Assembly (NCBI RefSeq): GCF_009914755.1
Contig: NC_060937.1
Length of the DNA: 64,000 bases
Reading direction: 5' to 3' (one strand)
DNA from: the human T2T-CHM13v2.0 reference genome, Homo sapiens
This document shows positions 29,161 through 54,613 of the stretch, in pieces. Made by a program: the position numbers and the translations under genes. Numbering within the stretch: position 1 is the stretch's first letter; every line of letters starts with the position of its first letter. The notes below the pieces were generated by a model. The model did no database searches. It was not told the DNA's origin and saw only the letters and a program-made list of their open reading frames with translations.

Positions 29161-31415
29161 GGCCACTTTTTAATAGGGTTTTTTGTTTTTCTCTTGTAAA
29201 TTTAAGTCCCTTATATTGAATATTAGATCTTTGTCAGATACATAGTTTGTAAATATTTTTTTCTCATTCTGTAGGTTGTCTGTTCACCCTATTGATAATT
29301 TCTTTTGCTGAGCAGAAGCTTTTAAGTTTAATTAGATCCCACTTGCCAGTAGTTGCATTTGTTGTTTTTGGTGTCTTTATCATGAAATCCTTGCCTGTTT
29401 CTATGTCCAGGATGGTATTGCCTAGGCTGTCTTCCAGGGCTTTTATAGTTTTGGGTTTTACATTTAAGTATTTGGTCCATCTTGGGTTGATTTTTGCTTA
29501 TGGTATAAGGAAGAAGTCCAACTTCAATCTTCTGCATATGGCTAGCCAGTTATCCCAGCACCATTTATTGAATAGGGAATCTTTCCCCATTGCTTGTTTT
29601 TGCCAGCTTTGTCAAAGATTAGATAGTTGTAGGTATGTGGTCTTACTTCTAACCTCTCTATTCTATTCCACTGGTGTATGTGTCTGTTTTTGTACTAGTA
29701 CCATGCTGTTTTGGTTACTATAGTGCTGTAGTATAGTTTGAAGTCGGGTAATGTGATGCCTCAAGCTTTGTTCTTTTTGCTTAGCTACTTAAGTTCTTTC
29801 TTGGTTCTATATGAATTTTTAAATAGCTTTTTTCTACTTCTGTGAAGCATGTCATTGGTAGTTTAATAGGAATAGCCTTGGGCAGTACAACCATTTAAGT
29901 GATACTAGTTCTTTCTCTCCATTAACATGGAATGATTTTTCATTTATTTGTGTCTTCTCTGACTTCTTTGAACAGTGTTTTGTAATTTTCATTGTAGAGA
30001 TTTTTCACCTCCCTGGTTAGCTGTATTCGTATGTACTTTATTCTTTTCGTGGAAATTGTGAATAAAATTGCCTCTGTGATTTGGCTCTTAGTTTGGCTCT
30101 TCTTGGTGTATAGGAATGCTAGCAAATTTTGTACATTGATTTTGTGTCCTGAAACTTTGTGGAAGTTGTTTATCAGCTTAAGGAGTTTTTGGGTCACAAC
30201 TATAGGGTTTAGATAGAGAATCATGTTGTCTGCAAACAGAGGTAGTTGGACTTCTCTTTCTATTTAAATACGCTTTATTTCTTTCTCTTGTCTGATTGCT
30301 CCAGAAAGGACTTCTAATACTAGGTTGAATAGGAGTAGTGAGAGAGGGCATACTTGTCTTGTGCGGGTTTCAAGGAGGATGCTTCCAGATTTTGCCCATT
30401 TAGTATAATGTTGTCTGTGAGTTTGTCATAGGTGGCCTTTATTATTTTGAGGTATGTTCCTTTGATACCTCATTTACTGAGAAGTTTTAAAATGAAGCTT
30501 TGTTGAATTTTACTGAAAGCCTTTTCTGCATCTGTTGAGACAATCACGTGGTTCTTATCTTTAGTTTTATTTATGTTACAAATCACATTTTATTAATTTG
30601 CCCATGATGGACCAACCTTCCATTCCAGGGAAGAAGCTTACTTCACTATGGTGAATTAGCCTTTTGATGTGTTGCTAGATTCAGTTTGCAAGTATTTTCT
30701 TGTGGATTATTGAATGGATGTTCATCAAGGATACTGGCCTGAAGTTTTCTTTTTTTGTTGTGTCACTGCCAGTATTTGGTATCAGGATGATTCTGGCCTC
30801 ATAGAACAAGTTGAGGAAGAGTCCCTCCTCCTCTATTTCTTGAAATAGTTTCAGTAGGACTGGTACTGGCTCTTCTTTGTACATCTGTTAAAATTTGTTA
30901 ATGTATCAGGTCCTGGGATTTTGGGGGGTTGGTAGGCTATTATGGATTCAATTTTTGGAGCTCATAATTGGTCTGCTCAGAGACTAAATTTCTTCCTGGT
31001 TCAGTCTTGAGAGAGTATATGTGTCCAGGAATTTATTAATCTCTTCTAGGGTTTCTAGTTTGTGTGTATAGAGGTGCTCATAGTAGTTGCTGATTGTTAT
31101 TTTTATTTATCTGGAGTCAGTGGTAACATTCCCTTCCTCATTTCTAATTTTGTTTATTTGAATCTTCTCTCTTTTCTTCTTTATTAATCTAGCTAGTGCA
31201 CTATCTATCTTATTAATTTTTTCAAAAAACCTTGATTAAGTGATTGTTTGAACAGTTTTTCATGTCTCAATTTCTTTCAATTCAGCTCTGATTTTAGTTA
31301 TTTCTTGTCTTCTATAAGCTTTGTGGTTGAGTTCTTCTTGCTTCTCTAATTTTTTCAGTTATGATGTTAGGTTGTTAATTTGAGATATTTCTAATTTTTT
31401 GATATGAGCATTACT
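29161..31415 (-). mobile_element. Old L1PA ORF2 fragment
   Basis: Minus ORFs [20 protein letters not shown] and [22 protein letters not shown]. Confidence 0.88.
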
Positions 31416-33723
31416 TCTTATGCCCTACTCTAACTTTTGTCCCTCTAGAAAACTCAGAACTATGCTTTCTAAACCAATTCAAACTTTTTCAGTGAATCAA
31501 CCTGGTCTCCCTGAGACAAAGTTAGCAATTTTCCATTACACATGGTTCTCTTTCTCTGTAAGAATATCTAATGCAACAATGCAAGTGTTTCTTTCCCTCC
31601 TGGTAATGCAGGGAACTCCTTTTGGCTGAGACCAAGACTTAAAACCTTGTTCTCTCAACATTAATGATCTATTTAGAGAGCCTCCATTTTTACAGAAAAG
31701 ATATACAAACACCAATGAAAATAAATATGAAATTATATGACATACAATTATATTGTTGAAAGACTGAATAAATAAATGAACTAAGCTGTAAGAAAAAAAG
31801 ATGATGATATTAAATGATATAGAAGTAAAAACCTGGGCTGGTATAGCATAATTAATGTATCAGTAAAGTATGTACCTTTTAGAAGTGGCAGGAAGACAGC
31901 ATAGAGAGTGAGACCTGACCAAAAGCTTTAAGGAAAATTCTATACCCTTAAATGAGATTAAAGTGGACTCAGGAAAACATGCGCCACAAGAATGGAAGGA
32001 CAAATGTTCCAGACGGGCCAAATCTCAGAGCATCTCTACCTTCTCCAGGAGGAAAGGGGAGGCAAAGCAGCAGGCAGAAGACAGCACAGCCAGGTCAGCA
32101 CAGGGCACCCAGGCCAAGCCAGGTGGTCTCCATCGTACAGGTAGTGATGAGCCACTGCCAGGTGGGCTTTATTCATTAGTTTGTTTTGTTTCCTTTACTA
32201 ACGAAGACACATGATCAAAGTTGACCTTAGTAAGTGTTGCTGCAGCTGAACAAAAAGATAGATAAAACCAGCGTTTTAAAAATTATGTTGTATACAGCAC
32301 TAGCCTCAGTAAGATATTAGTAGAACACACAGGCACACACAGGCACACACACTCACACTGAGGCCAAATTATTCTGGCAAATGCTGGGTTAAGCAAACTA
32401 AAAGAAACATCTTTAGAGCTGGACTTCTCAGAACCTGGAATATGGCTATATGACTCATGAAACAGCAAGGTTAAGACAGAGCATGTCATTTTTTCCCAGA
32501 AATGTTGAAACACTTTCCTTCCCTTGGCTTCAGTGTCACTTTCTTTCTCCTGGTTCTCCATCAACCTCTTTGGCTGCTCCTCCTTGATTTCCTTTTTGAC
32601 AATCTGCTGCTGCTCAGCCATTCTCTTTTAATTCCCCAAGGATTTCTCAAGTGTGTTACTATTCCTGCATTTTAAACTTTCCTTGTTTTTCCTGACCTCT
32701 CCTTGTCTGACCCTCCCCTGTTCTAAGGCAGGTGATCCATCTGTGTGTGCTTTTGGCATCCTGGGATGCTCCCAGCATGTTCCCTGCCACACTCCATCAA
32801 GTTTTCCCTGCAGACTCCGCAAAGGCAGCAGCCTTGTCTCCACCATTCCTTCAATGCTCAGTACGTAACACAGAAGCTGACTCCATAACATTTAGTTGGC
32901 CAACTGAGACTAAATGTATGTTCCTCTAGATCTTAAAAAGTTACAGAAACATAGCACAATAGTCAAAAAAATTGTCTTTAGTCAGGAGTTCTCCATATAT
33001 GTACAACAGTTTGAAGTCATTATTAAGCAAAATGAAACAGAAACTGTCACAGAATTCCCTAAGATAAATTATTTTGCTTTAATCTTCAATTCATCATGTG
33101 AAATAATCAAGACCATGTGTTATTGTAAATATTTCTAGCTTACAACACAACAACCTGATTTTTACTGTTTGAAATAACCATAATATAAATCAGTTAATTA
33201 AAAATTGCATAAATAATCCTTTCAAATAAAATTCTGCCTAAATTTTACATTACTCATATGTTCAAATGATAATGAGCTCATAGGATTTTCCAATACCTCA
33301 GTCAAAACATTGTACTGATTCCAGCTGTGGGAATAGTACCTGAAAGTTATCTTACAGATGGGGAAAAGGTACCTATGTGACATTGGCCTTTGCACTACTG
33401 TACCCTTTTGGGTCAGGAAAAAGCTGTTCCCTTAAAGTCCTAAAATCTCTTCTGTCAGGTCTAAAGGGTGGGTGGGAAACATAGTTTTTAAATTTTAGCC
33501 ACAGATGTTTTATTCCTTGCTTAAAGCAGTGACTAGATAAAGGCCACTAGAAGAGTCTCCAACGTTCCTTTAGAAGCATGTGTCTGAGAACATCTTCCTG
33601 AAACACTCCCTTGTCTCTGCCCAAAATCACCTTAGGTAGGAAAATCACAACTCAGCAGGCTGAGGGGATCCAAGGGGATCATTGAGCTCTGAGGCTTATG
33701 AGAGAAGAGAGAGAGGTCTAAGA

Positions 33724-34250
33724 CTTTTTGTGTATAAATTTATGGGTTCCAAGTGCAATTTTGCTGTAAGCACGGATGGCATAGTGGTGAAGTCAGGGCT
33801 TTTAGGGTATCCATCACTGGAATAATGCACATTGTACCCATTAAGTAATTTCTCACTGTTCACCTCTTCCATCCCCTCACCCTGCTGAGTCTCCATTATC
33901 ATTCCACTCTCTACATCAATACCTACACATCTTTTAGCACCCGCTTATGAGTGATAAAATACGATGTTTACTCTGTGTCTGGTTTGTTTCACTTACAACA
34001 ATGGCCTCCAGTTCCATCCATGTGTCTGCAAAAATTATGATTCTATTGTTTTTTACGCCTGAATAGTATTTCATTGTGTATATTTTCTACATTTTCTTTC
34101 TCCAATCATTTGTTGATGGACATTAGGTTGATTTTATATCTGTGCTACTGTGAATAGTGTTGCAACAAATATAAAAGTACAGTTATATTTCTGATACATT
34201 GATTTTTTTTTCCTTTGCAAAAATACTCAGCGGTGGGATTGCTGAATCAG
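33724..34250 (-). mobile_element. L1MA 3'UTR fragment
   Basis: ATAGTGGTGAAGTCAGGGCTTTTAGGGTATCCATCAC; CTCCAGTTCCATCCATG. Confidence 0.8.
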
Positions 34251-34816
34251 ACAGAGCCAATTGATGATCAGTAATGGTGGCCAATAATCAGCTGGAAACA
34301 AAGTACTTAGCAGGGCTTGAAAACATCAAAACTCTGAGACCACTGACCTTCAAAAACTTCAACAGCCCTGAGTGAAAAGTCCAAACACATTTATCTACCA
34401 TTCAAAGACCCTTTATTGTCTGTCCTCTGCGCATCTCAGTAGTCTCTTTTTACCACACTGTCTATATACTGCATGAGCCATTTATATGAAACTATCTGAC
34501 ACTCCAAGGCATCTTATACTATATATTCAATCATGTATCCCTAGTAATTAGCACAGTCCTGGCATATAGTTTGCTACTAAACTTTTGCAGAATGAAGGAA
34601 TTATCTTGTATCCAGGTTCCAAGTTTTAAGGTGATTCTTCACAAAAAAAAAGTATTACAGCTCACAAATAATCTACTTCCTTTTTTAGAAATGGGATTGA
34701 TTTTAATCTTATACCCTAATAACATTACTTTCATTTACTCCTATCTAAATATACTGTCCTAAGAGAGCAATAAGAAAGAGAGTTGAAGCTGGAGCTTGAA
34801 GAATTGTACATGGTCC

Positions 34817-35344
34817 TGTGATACCCTACCTTGTTTTAACCTGAGTGACTCTCTCCTAGTGGAGGGAGAGCCGGACAGACCCCATTTTAGTTTCTTCACA
34901 TGCAGCCCCCTTTATCTCCCTTCCTTAAGGGCATAACTAGTGTAAACTGACTCAAAGCACATCCAGGAATGTGGTTACTATTAAGATATTGAGGCAAGCT
35001 GCACCAGCAGCTCCTGGGGACGCACTCGGTGAATGGCACCCAAAACCCCTGTATTTCTCTCTTTGTGATAGTTTAAGCCCCTGCACCTGGAATGTTTTTT
35101 TTTTTGTAACTGCTTTTGTAACCGATTAATTTTTTTAACTTTTTGCCAGCTCTGCTTCTGTAAAAATTGCTTCAGCTAAACTCCCCCCTCCCCTATTTAG
35201 ACCACGGTATAAAAACAAAACCAGCCCCTTCCTCGGGGCCCAGAGAATTTTGAGCGTTAGCTGCCTCTCGGTCGCTGGCTAATAAAGGACTCCTTAATTT
35301 GTCTCAAAAGGTGGCGTTCCTCTATAACTCGCTTGGTTACAACA
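34817..35344 (+). mobile_element. LTR6 (HERV-S71) solo LTR
   Basis: TGTGATACCCTACCTTGTTTTAACCTGA...TTACAACA; TSD GTCC at 34813 and 35345; TATAAAA near 35208; AATAAA at 35281. Confidence 0.85.
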
Positions 35345-37104
35345 GTCCACACTGTGGCCTGAGGTGCATCACCCACCTGAGCTTCATCTGTTAGGTATGT
35401 CAGGGAAGGTAAGCAGGGTGAGAGAGGCCTCATCAGAGGACCCCAGATCTCTGGCTTCCCCATCTGACAAGTGCACCTCTGTGAACAAAGACTTCAGAGC
35501 CAGATGACAAGAATGGCCCAAACAGTCCACCAGGGAAACCTGGGCCCAGTGTACATCAATGCAGAGCATCAAGCACGGTGTAACAGGTGCACAGTTGCCT
35601 ATTCCTGTTCAGAGATGACTGCGTCCCACACACTGTAAAATGAGGAAATGCAGAGAAGCAGATGTAACTGAAGAAGACAGCAGGAACAACAAGGAGGGAC
35701 AACCATGACCTAGGAGGGCACCATGCCAGAGACGCCTGGGCCCTACGCTAGGGTCAGTGCTTGTTATACTCTTGAGACCCAGAGCTTTCCTTCTCCATCA
35801 TGTGGCATACTTGGCATTATTTGTTGTTTAAAATATTGTCCTTAGTTTTTACCTTTCCTAGGAGACACAGGCAGACCCTGTGACACTACAGGGTCTGGCA
35901 CACAGTAGGTGCATCACAAACATCTGCCGACTTCACACTCTGTTGCCTTCTCAAGCCTTCTTGTCAAGTCTTCAGTGAAAAGGAATTGCTGATTGAGCAA
36001 GAATTAAACTTCTAGAGACTCCTGGATCCACTGAAGTTTGAGACAAGGTGAGATTTGTTTACTGCCATATTCCTAGCTCATAGCATACTGTAGTCAATTA
36101 AAAAAGTTTGTTGAATCAGTGAGTGAATTGATTCATACGTCATACTTAGCTATATATTTTCCGAGTAAAATTTATAAATTTAATGGTTTACTTCTAGTAT
36201 AATTTTACTTTACTTATTCAACGAACCTGACAATTCAACTAGGTGCCAGGCACACCGCTGCTGAAGAAAAAGAGGTATAAGATACAATTTCTGTCTACAA
36301 GAAAGCCACGGTCTAAAAAGTAGAAACATATGAACAAATCATAACAATAAACAGGCTAAATTCAAAATCAGAGGGGTTTGTTTCTATTTTAAACAGCTCT
36401 TGTCAGGAAGTGCGAGAAAGTTCTAAACAAGAAATGATCAAACACACCATCCAAGCATGAAGCAGAAGACACCCATAATTGAGTTTGCTTCCACCAACCC
36501 CAACAGCAAGAATTCCAGTCCTGCTGCTGCAAAGTAAGTGTCACTCTGATTTTATTACTGCTGTGTAACGCAGTTTTAGACTCTTGGGTTTTCACTTAAT
36601 GTTCTAAAAAAGTATTAAAGAGAAAATATTTTTATGGTGATGAGCCCATCCACTGCAGCCATCTCAACATCATACCAATTATAAGCCCTATCATTTAAAA
36701 AGAAAACTGTTAGTTTAACTTATTTATCCAAATATCAGTATTAGATAAACATGTTTGTCATCAGACTTTGGATTTATGGGTTAAATAGCATATAAATATG
36801 ATTAGAGCCTTAAAGTTTACACTTTTCTGGTTTGCTCAAATTTTATTCAAAATAACATATGTCTTTCAAAAAAATTGTTAGTATATATTTTTAAATGAAC
36901 ATTAAAATATATATTTTCCAAAAACAAAATACAGCTCCCATTGGTAAATGATGATGTTGAGATACAACAGACAACTTCTCTTGGGAACCATTTAATCAGT
37001 GCTCACTTTTGCACTCTTTCCAGAAATGTCAATGGCTTTAAAATGCAAAAGTATATTATACAACTAAACTTACACTTATCAGTATTGTGCAATATTTAGT
37101 ACTT

Positions 37105-37660
37105 GTTCTAGCTATCTCTTGCTGAATAGTAAGCCATTCCAAAACTTAAGGAATTATTTATTGTTTAATATTGTTTATTGTTATTATTTGTTTAGTGATT
37201 TTAAATAATGTTATTTCTCATGGTTTTGTGGGTTGACGGGCACTACAAAAGTTCTCTTTTGGAGTCTTTCTTGCAGTTGTGGTTGGTTGGCTGCTGCTGA
37301 AGTCACCTGAAAACTCAACTAGGCTAAAGAGCCTAGATGGGTCACTCACATGGCTGGCAGTGCATGTTGGCTGCTGAGTGTGATGCGTATCTGGCCTCTC
37401 CATGTTATCTGGAGTGCTCACAACGTGGTAGTTGGTCCCAAGAGACACAGGCAAATACTACAAAGCTTCTTAGGACCTAGCCTTGGAGGTCCTAGAATAC
37501 AACTTCTGCTCCATCCTGTTGGTAAAGCAAGTCATTGTGATCAGCACAGATTCAAGAAATGGGAGATTCGACTCTAACTCTCCATGTAAAGAGCAGCATG
37601 TTCATGCAGGGAGGAAAGAAATTGAGGGCATCATCTTGAAGACTATCATATTACACCATT
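37105..37660 (-). mobile_element. MLT1 (old MaLR) LTR remnant
   Basis: TAGCTATCTCTTGCTG..CCAAAACTTA; CACTCACATGGCTGGCAGT; TTCTGCTCCATCCTGTTGG..AAAGCAAGTCA. Confidence 0.65.
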
Positions 37661-38354
37661 ATTCCAACTAATGAACATTATGTTTTAGATGGGTAGTACT
37701 AGCTACTCATCTCTCCCCCAGAAACCCAAGCTAAGCATGGACATATTGAAGAGAATGTCAACACCATTAAAAAAACTCTAGAAAAATCACATGTGATGAC
37801 TGAGGTTAATTCAGTCTGTCAATTACATCAATATAATTCCCTCTTGTAACCCTAAATATGGTGAAGCAGAATTGAATTCTACAAAAGTCTTTCATCTGTT
37901 TTCCTATGGAATAATTAACAAACCCAATAAATGTATAAATAGTATGAAGTCCAATTTATTTTAGATTTTTACCTCTTAATTTCAAAGCTTATAGAAATCC
38001 ATAGAACTAATCATCATAATCCATAATGCCTGGACCAGAAGTCCTTGTTCTAAGAGTGTCTTGTGGCATGCTAAAAACGTATTACTAACTGGGAAATTTA
38101 AAACTTTTTGGTTAGTGATTTTAAGAGAGATGACTAGCTCATCACCACAATTCACGCAGATCAAGAAAGGAGATTATTCTGCTGAGTGGATTAATAGTGA
38201 TCAGAAAAAAAAAATCACAAAAGAGGAAAGGAGATAGAGAAGGGGAAACATACAGTCAATCACTACAATTAAGGTGATTTTTCAAATGGTTTATTTTGTA
38301 TTTGCAAAGGAAAGGCAGCTTATTGCGATAGAATAAGAATCCCACTTCTATATC

Positions 38355-38656
38355 TTTTTTTTTTTTTTTTTTTTTTGAGACGGAGTCTTGCTCTGTGGCG
38401 CAGGCTGGAGTGCATTGGTGCGATCTTGGCTCACTGCAAGCTCTGCCTCCCGGTTTCACACCATTCTCCTGCCTCAGCCTCCCGAGAAGCTGGGACTACA
38501 GGCACCCACCACCACACCTGGCTAATTTTTTGTATTTTTTGTAGAGACAGGGTTTCACCGTATTAACCAGGATGGTCTCGATCTCCTGACCTTTTGGTCC
38601 GCCCACCCCGGCCTCCAAAAGTGCTGGGATTACAGGCGTGATCCACTGTGCCCGGC
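38355..38656 (-). mobile_element. AluY
   Basis: CTGCAAGCTCTGCCTCCCGG..TTCACACCATTCTC; T22 tail. Confidence 0.92.
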
Positions 38657-38657
38657 T

Positions 38658-39512
38658 CCTCTTGTTTTGAGAAGTGTCTGTTTATGTTCCTTGTCAATGT
38701 TTTAATGAGGTTGTTTTCTTAATGTTCAACATCACTAATCATCAGATAAATGTAAATCAATGTGAGATACCATCTCATATTAGTCAGAATGGCTACTATT
38801 AAAAAGTAAAAAAATAACAAATTCTGGTTAGACTTCAGAGAAAATGAAATGCTTATACACTGTTGGTGAGAATGTAAATTAGTTCAGCCACTGTGAAAAG
38901 CAGTTGGGAGATTTTTCAAAGAATTTAAAACAGAAGTACCATTCAACCAGCAATTCCATTACTGAGTATACATCCGAAAGAAAATTAAAAATTCTACAAA
39001 GAGAAACCCCACATGCACTTGTATATGCGTCATATTGCTATTCACAATAGGGAAGGCATGGAATTAACTTATGTGTGAATCAATAAATTGGATACAAATA
39101 TGTGCCACATATACACCATAAAATACTATGCACACATTAAAAAGAATACAATCATGTCCTGTGCAGCAACATGCATACTTCTGGAGGCCATTATCCTAGG
39201 GCAATTAATACAGGAACAGAAAACAAAATACCACATGTTCTTGCCTATAAGTAGGATCTAAACATGGGGTACTCATGAATATAAAGATGACAGCAATAGA
39301 CACTGAGAACTACTAGATGAAGGAGGGCAGGAGGAGGGGAGGGGGTGAGAAACTATGAGTTCTATGCTTACTGCCTAGCTGATGGGATCAATTATATCCC
39401 ACAATATATGCTCACTACCTTGGTGATGGGATCAATAATATCCCACATTGCTTAGCATCACACAATATATCCAGGTAATAAACCTGCAAATATACTCCCT
39501 GAATCTAAAAAT
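38658..39512 (+). mobile_element. Short old L1PA 3' end with an inverted 5' segment
   Basis: 38660-38720 is antisense L1 (TTTTGAGAAGTGTCTGTT); sense L1 follows from AATGTTCAACATCACTAATCATCAG to the 3'UTR. Confidence 0.8.
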
Positions 39513-42350
39513 TTTAAGGCAGAGACAGAATAAGAGGGCAGAAGAGAAGCCTACATTCTCATCCACCACACAAAAACACCAAATTTTCACAATTCACTAC
39601 ATTCAAGAAGCACTGTCAAAGGGACTAAAAATTGGGTGAGCTATCACAGTGCCTGGTATTAACTTCATATCATTGAAACAGACATTGGAGAAGATAAACA
39701 AATAAAAGACGGTCTAGAAGCAAGGATGCCACCTCTTTTTCAACCACCAGTAGTGGCTACATCGTGCAGAGATAGTATGTTTGTGAGAGGGAGAGCATAG
39801 TTTGTGAGGCTTTGCAATAAACTCAGTACTACCCTGTCACAGTGAAAAGCAGAACCAGACTGTACTCAGCTGACATCTCCCAATGGGGGGAGCACTTGTA
39901 TTGGCCTTACAAAGAGGAATACCTCCCATCCCAGTATTGGGAGCTTCAGTTTTTACAAGTCTTGCCGTGATGTGTTGACGTGCTATTGGACTCTAAGAGA
40001 ACTTACGGGGCAGTCTAGGCCACAAGGACTTCAATTATTAGGCAAGTCATATTCCGAGCTGGGCTCAGAGCCAGTTGAATGTGGAGGGTGGGGAGAATGA
40101 GGTCTACTGAGACAGCAACCAGAGAAGCTAAGGGAGTGCTCACAACACCACTAACCCACTCCCACCTAGCAGCAGCCACACAACACAGAGAAACCTGTGA
40201 ATTTGGGAGAGGGAGAGCACAGTGATTAGAGGAACCAGAATAAAAATCAGTGACAACCAGGTAATACACCATGGGCATTGGGCTCTGAGAAGCGCTAACT
40301 TCAGGGGTGACCCAGTACATTTCCAGCTGTGGTAGCTGTGGTGAAAGACTTCTGTTTGAGAAAAGCAGGGGGGAAAGTAAAGGGACCTCTGCGTTGCACA
40401 TGATATGCCAGCTCAACCGCAGTGGGGTAGAGCACCAAGCGGATTCTTAGAGTCCCTGAGTCCAGGCCTAGGGTCTTCTTGGTCAGCATTTCTGCACTTG
40501 CCCTGGGCCAAAGGTCGAGTCCCAGGCATTGCAGAATTTATCTCAAGATAATTAAAGAGTCCTTGGGCTTTAAGTGAGAAAGTGATGATGATTTGGTGGA
40601 AACCCCCCATGGGCCAGTAGTGTTGGCAGTCATAGAAGAGGCTCTTCTGCCTGAAGACAGGGGAAGGAAGAGTAGAAAATACTTTGTCTTATTCCCTAAG
40701 TGCAAGGTTAGCTACAATAAAATAGAAGAGCAGGTAAATTTTGAAGATCCTATGCTTTAATCTGTGGCTCCCAGGTAGCATCTGTGGACCCACTCATGGC
40801 TAGGGGAATTTGCCACCCTATAGGCAGAGACACAATCCTGGCTGACTTTGCCATCTATTAATCACAGAGTCCTAGGGCTTTGAATAAACTTATATGGTAG
40901 CCAAGTAGTGGTTGCAGTGGGCCTTGCGTGAGACCAAGTTCTGTGCCTACTTCAGGTGTGAACCAGCACAGTCTCAGTGGTGGTGGCCACAGGAGTGCTT
41001 ATGTTACCCAAACCCCAGCTCCACATGTCTCAGCACAGAAAGAGAGACTGCTGATTTGAGATAAAGTAAGGAAAGAGAACATGAGTCTCTACTTGATAAA
41101 TCAAGAGAATTTTTCTTGATATTAATCCAAGGCCACCAAGGCAGTACCTCTACGTGTTTGCATAAACTACAGTGCTATTGGGTTTGGGACCCAAGTTTCT
41201 TTGAATACCTGGAAAGTGTTCCCAAAATTAATGGGCACTAACAAGCCCAGACTGTGAAGACTACAATAAAGACTGAACTCTTCAATGCCCAGATACAGAT
41301 GAACATCTACATGTATCAAGGCCATCCAGGAAAACATGACCTCACCAAACAAGCTAAATAAACTGCCAGGGAAAAATCCTGGAAAAACAGAGATATGTGA
41401 CTTTTCATACAGGAAATCCAAAATAGCAGGTTGAGGTAATTCAAAGAAATGTACAATATAACACAGAGAAGGAATTCAAAATTATATCAGATAAATTTTA
41501 ACAATGAGATTGAAATAAAAAGAATAAAGCAGAAATTCTGAAGTTAAAATGCTATTGTCATACTGAAGAATAGATCAGAATTACTTAAAAGAATTGACCA
41601 AGGAGAAGACAGATTTAGTGAACTTGAATTCAGACTATTTAAAAATACAAAGTCAGAGGAGACAAAAAAGAATAAAAAATAAAGAATGCCTATAGAATTT
41701 AAAAAATAGCCTCAACATAGCAAATCTAAGAGTTATTGGCCTTAAATAGGAGGTAGAAAAAGAGATGAGTTGAATATTTATTTAAATAAATAATATTAAA
41801 TAATATTGAACAATTCCTCAAATTTGATATCAACATTCGAGTAACAAAAAGTTACAGAACAGAAAGCAGATTTAACCCAAAGAAGACCACCTCAAGGCAC
41901 CTAACTGAACTCCCAAAGGTTAAGGATAAAGAAATGATTCTAAAAGCATCGAGAGAAGAGAAACAAATAACATTCAGTGGAACTCCAATACATCTGACAG
42001 CAGAATTTTCAGGGAAAAATTTACAGGCTGGGAGACTGGCATGACATATTTAAAAAGCTGAAGAAAAAAAAAAAGACTTTTACTTTAGAATAATGTATCT
42101 GGCAAAAAAGTCTCTTAAACTTGACAGAAAAATAAGAACTTTTTCCGACAAAGAAAAACTGAGGGATTTCATTAACACCAGACCTGTCCTACAAGAAATG
42201 CTAAAGGGATATCTTAACCTAAAAGAAAAAAAGTGAGCAAGAAGAAATCATCTGAAGGTACAGGACTCACTAGCAATAGCACAAGGAAAAACACAGAATA
42301 TTATAATATGGCAATTATGGGGTGCAAAAATCTGAAATACAAAGAGTAAA

Positions 42351-46977
<4,627 letters not shown>

Positions 46978-48166
46978 AATATCTGTTTTGCTTGTTTCTT
47001 TGTTTATGCAATCAGTGTTAAATTGTCCAGTCTAAAATCATGTATTATATTATTTTCAAGCCTCATGGTAATTTCAAATCAAAAAGTGTACCACAGATAT
47101 ACAAAAAGTAAAAAGCAAGAAATTAGATTATAATTCAAGAGAAATCACCTTCACTAAAAGGAAGACAGAAAGAAATGAAAGAAGGAAGAGACGAAAAAAA
47201 TCAATCAGAAAACAAAAAATAGCAGAAGTAAGTGCTTATGACTGATAATATTGAATTTAAATGAACTAAATACTCCAGTCAAAAGAAAAATAGTGGATGA
47301 GTGGATAGAGAAGCAGAACAATAATCTGTGACCTACAAAAAAACACACTTTACCTATAAAGATACATTTAGACTGAAAATAAAAGGATGGAAAAAGTTAT
47401 TCCATGCCAATAGAGAATAAAAAAAGTAGAAATAGCCATACTTATACCAGACAAAAATAGATTTCAACAAAAGACTATAGGAAGAAATTAAAAGGTCATT
47501 ATATGATAATAAAGAGATCAATTCATCAAGAGGATATAATAATTGAAAATATATATGCACCCAACACTAAAGCACCTAGATAAATGAAGCAAATATTATA
47601 AGAGCTAAAGAAAGAGACCTCAATACAATAATGGCTGGACACTTCAACACCCCACTTTAGTCATTGGATAGATCTTCCAGACAGAAAATAAATAAAGAAA
47701 CATCAGACCTAATCTGTACTATAGAACAAATGAAACTAATAGATATTTACAGAAAATTTCATCCAACAGCTGCAGAATACACATTCTTCTCCTCAGCACA
47801 TGGGTTATTTTCAAGGATAGACCATACGTTAAGTAACAAGTCTAAAAACATTCCAAAAAATTGAAGTAATATCAAGCATTTTCTCAGACTACAGGGGATA
47901 AAACTAGAAATCAATTAAAAAGGAATTTAAGAAACTATACAAACACATGGACATTAAACAATATGCTCCTGAATGATTAGTAGGTCGATAAAAAAGTTAA
48001 GAAGTAAATAGAAAAATTTCTTGAAACAAATGATAAAGGAAACATAGCATAGAAAAACCTATGGAATATAGTAAAGGAGGTACTATTATACACGGAAAAT
48101 TTATGTCTGTAAGTGCCTACATAAAAAACAGAAAAGTTTCAAATAAATAACCTAACAATACATCTT

Positions 48167-48560
48167 TTTTTTCATAATAAAATCAGTGCTTTATGTCACA
48201 AAGTTTTGAGACAGTTTGTTACATGGAAATAGCCAGAAAACAGCCCTACACTATGATTGGCACGGGGCCCACCCACTGTTCTCCAGTCCCCATGGCTTCT
48301 CCACTGCCCTGAAATGCCATAAGAAATTCATTCCGAGCCTGAATAAAATGGAATCAAACATTTTCCTACAGGCTATTTTTTTTTCAATAACTTCCTCCCA
48401 AGATAACCCAAGGATTCAAAATGGTTTGCAGAGCCTCACCATTGTCCTCACTTGACAGGAAATATGTAGACAGCCTTTGTTCCCATGGAAAGTTTGAAGA
48501 ACCTGAATCTGACAAACCACACAGGAGGTAATCTCCTCTTGGCAGAGTTTTCCAAAGGTG
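48167..48560 (-). other. ~390-bp L1 3'-transduced sequence with short poly(A)
   Basis: Non-L1 sequence between the L1 tail and a second poly(T), inside the outer TSD AACAATACATCTT (48154/54627). Confidence 0.85.
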
Positions 48561-48572
48561 CTGAATTTCTTT

Positions 48573-54613
<6,041 letters not shown>

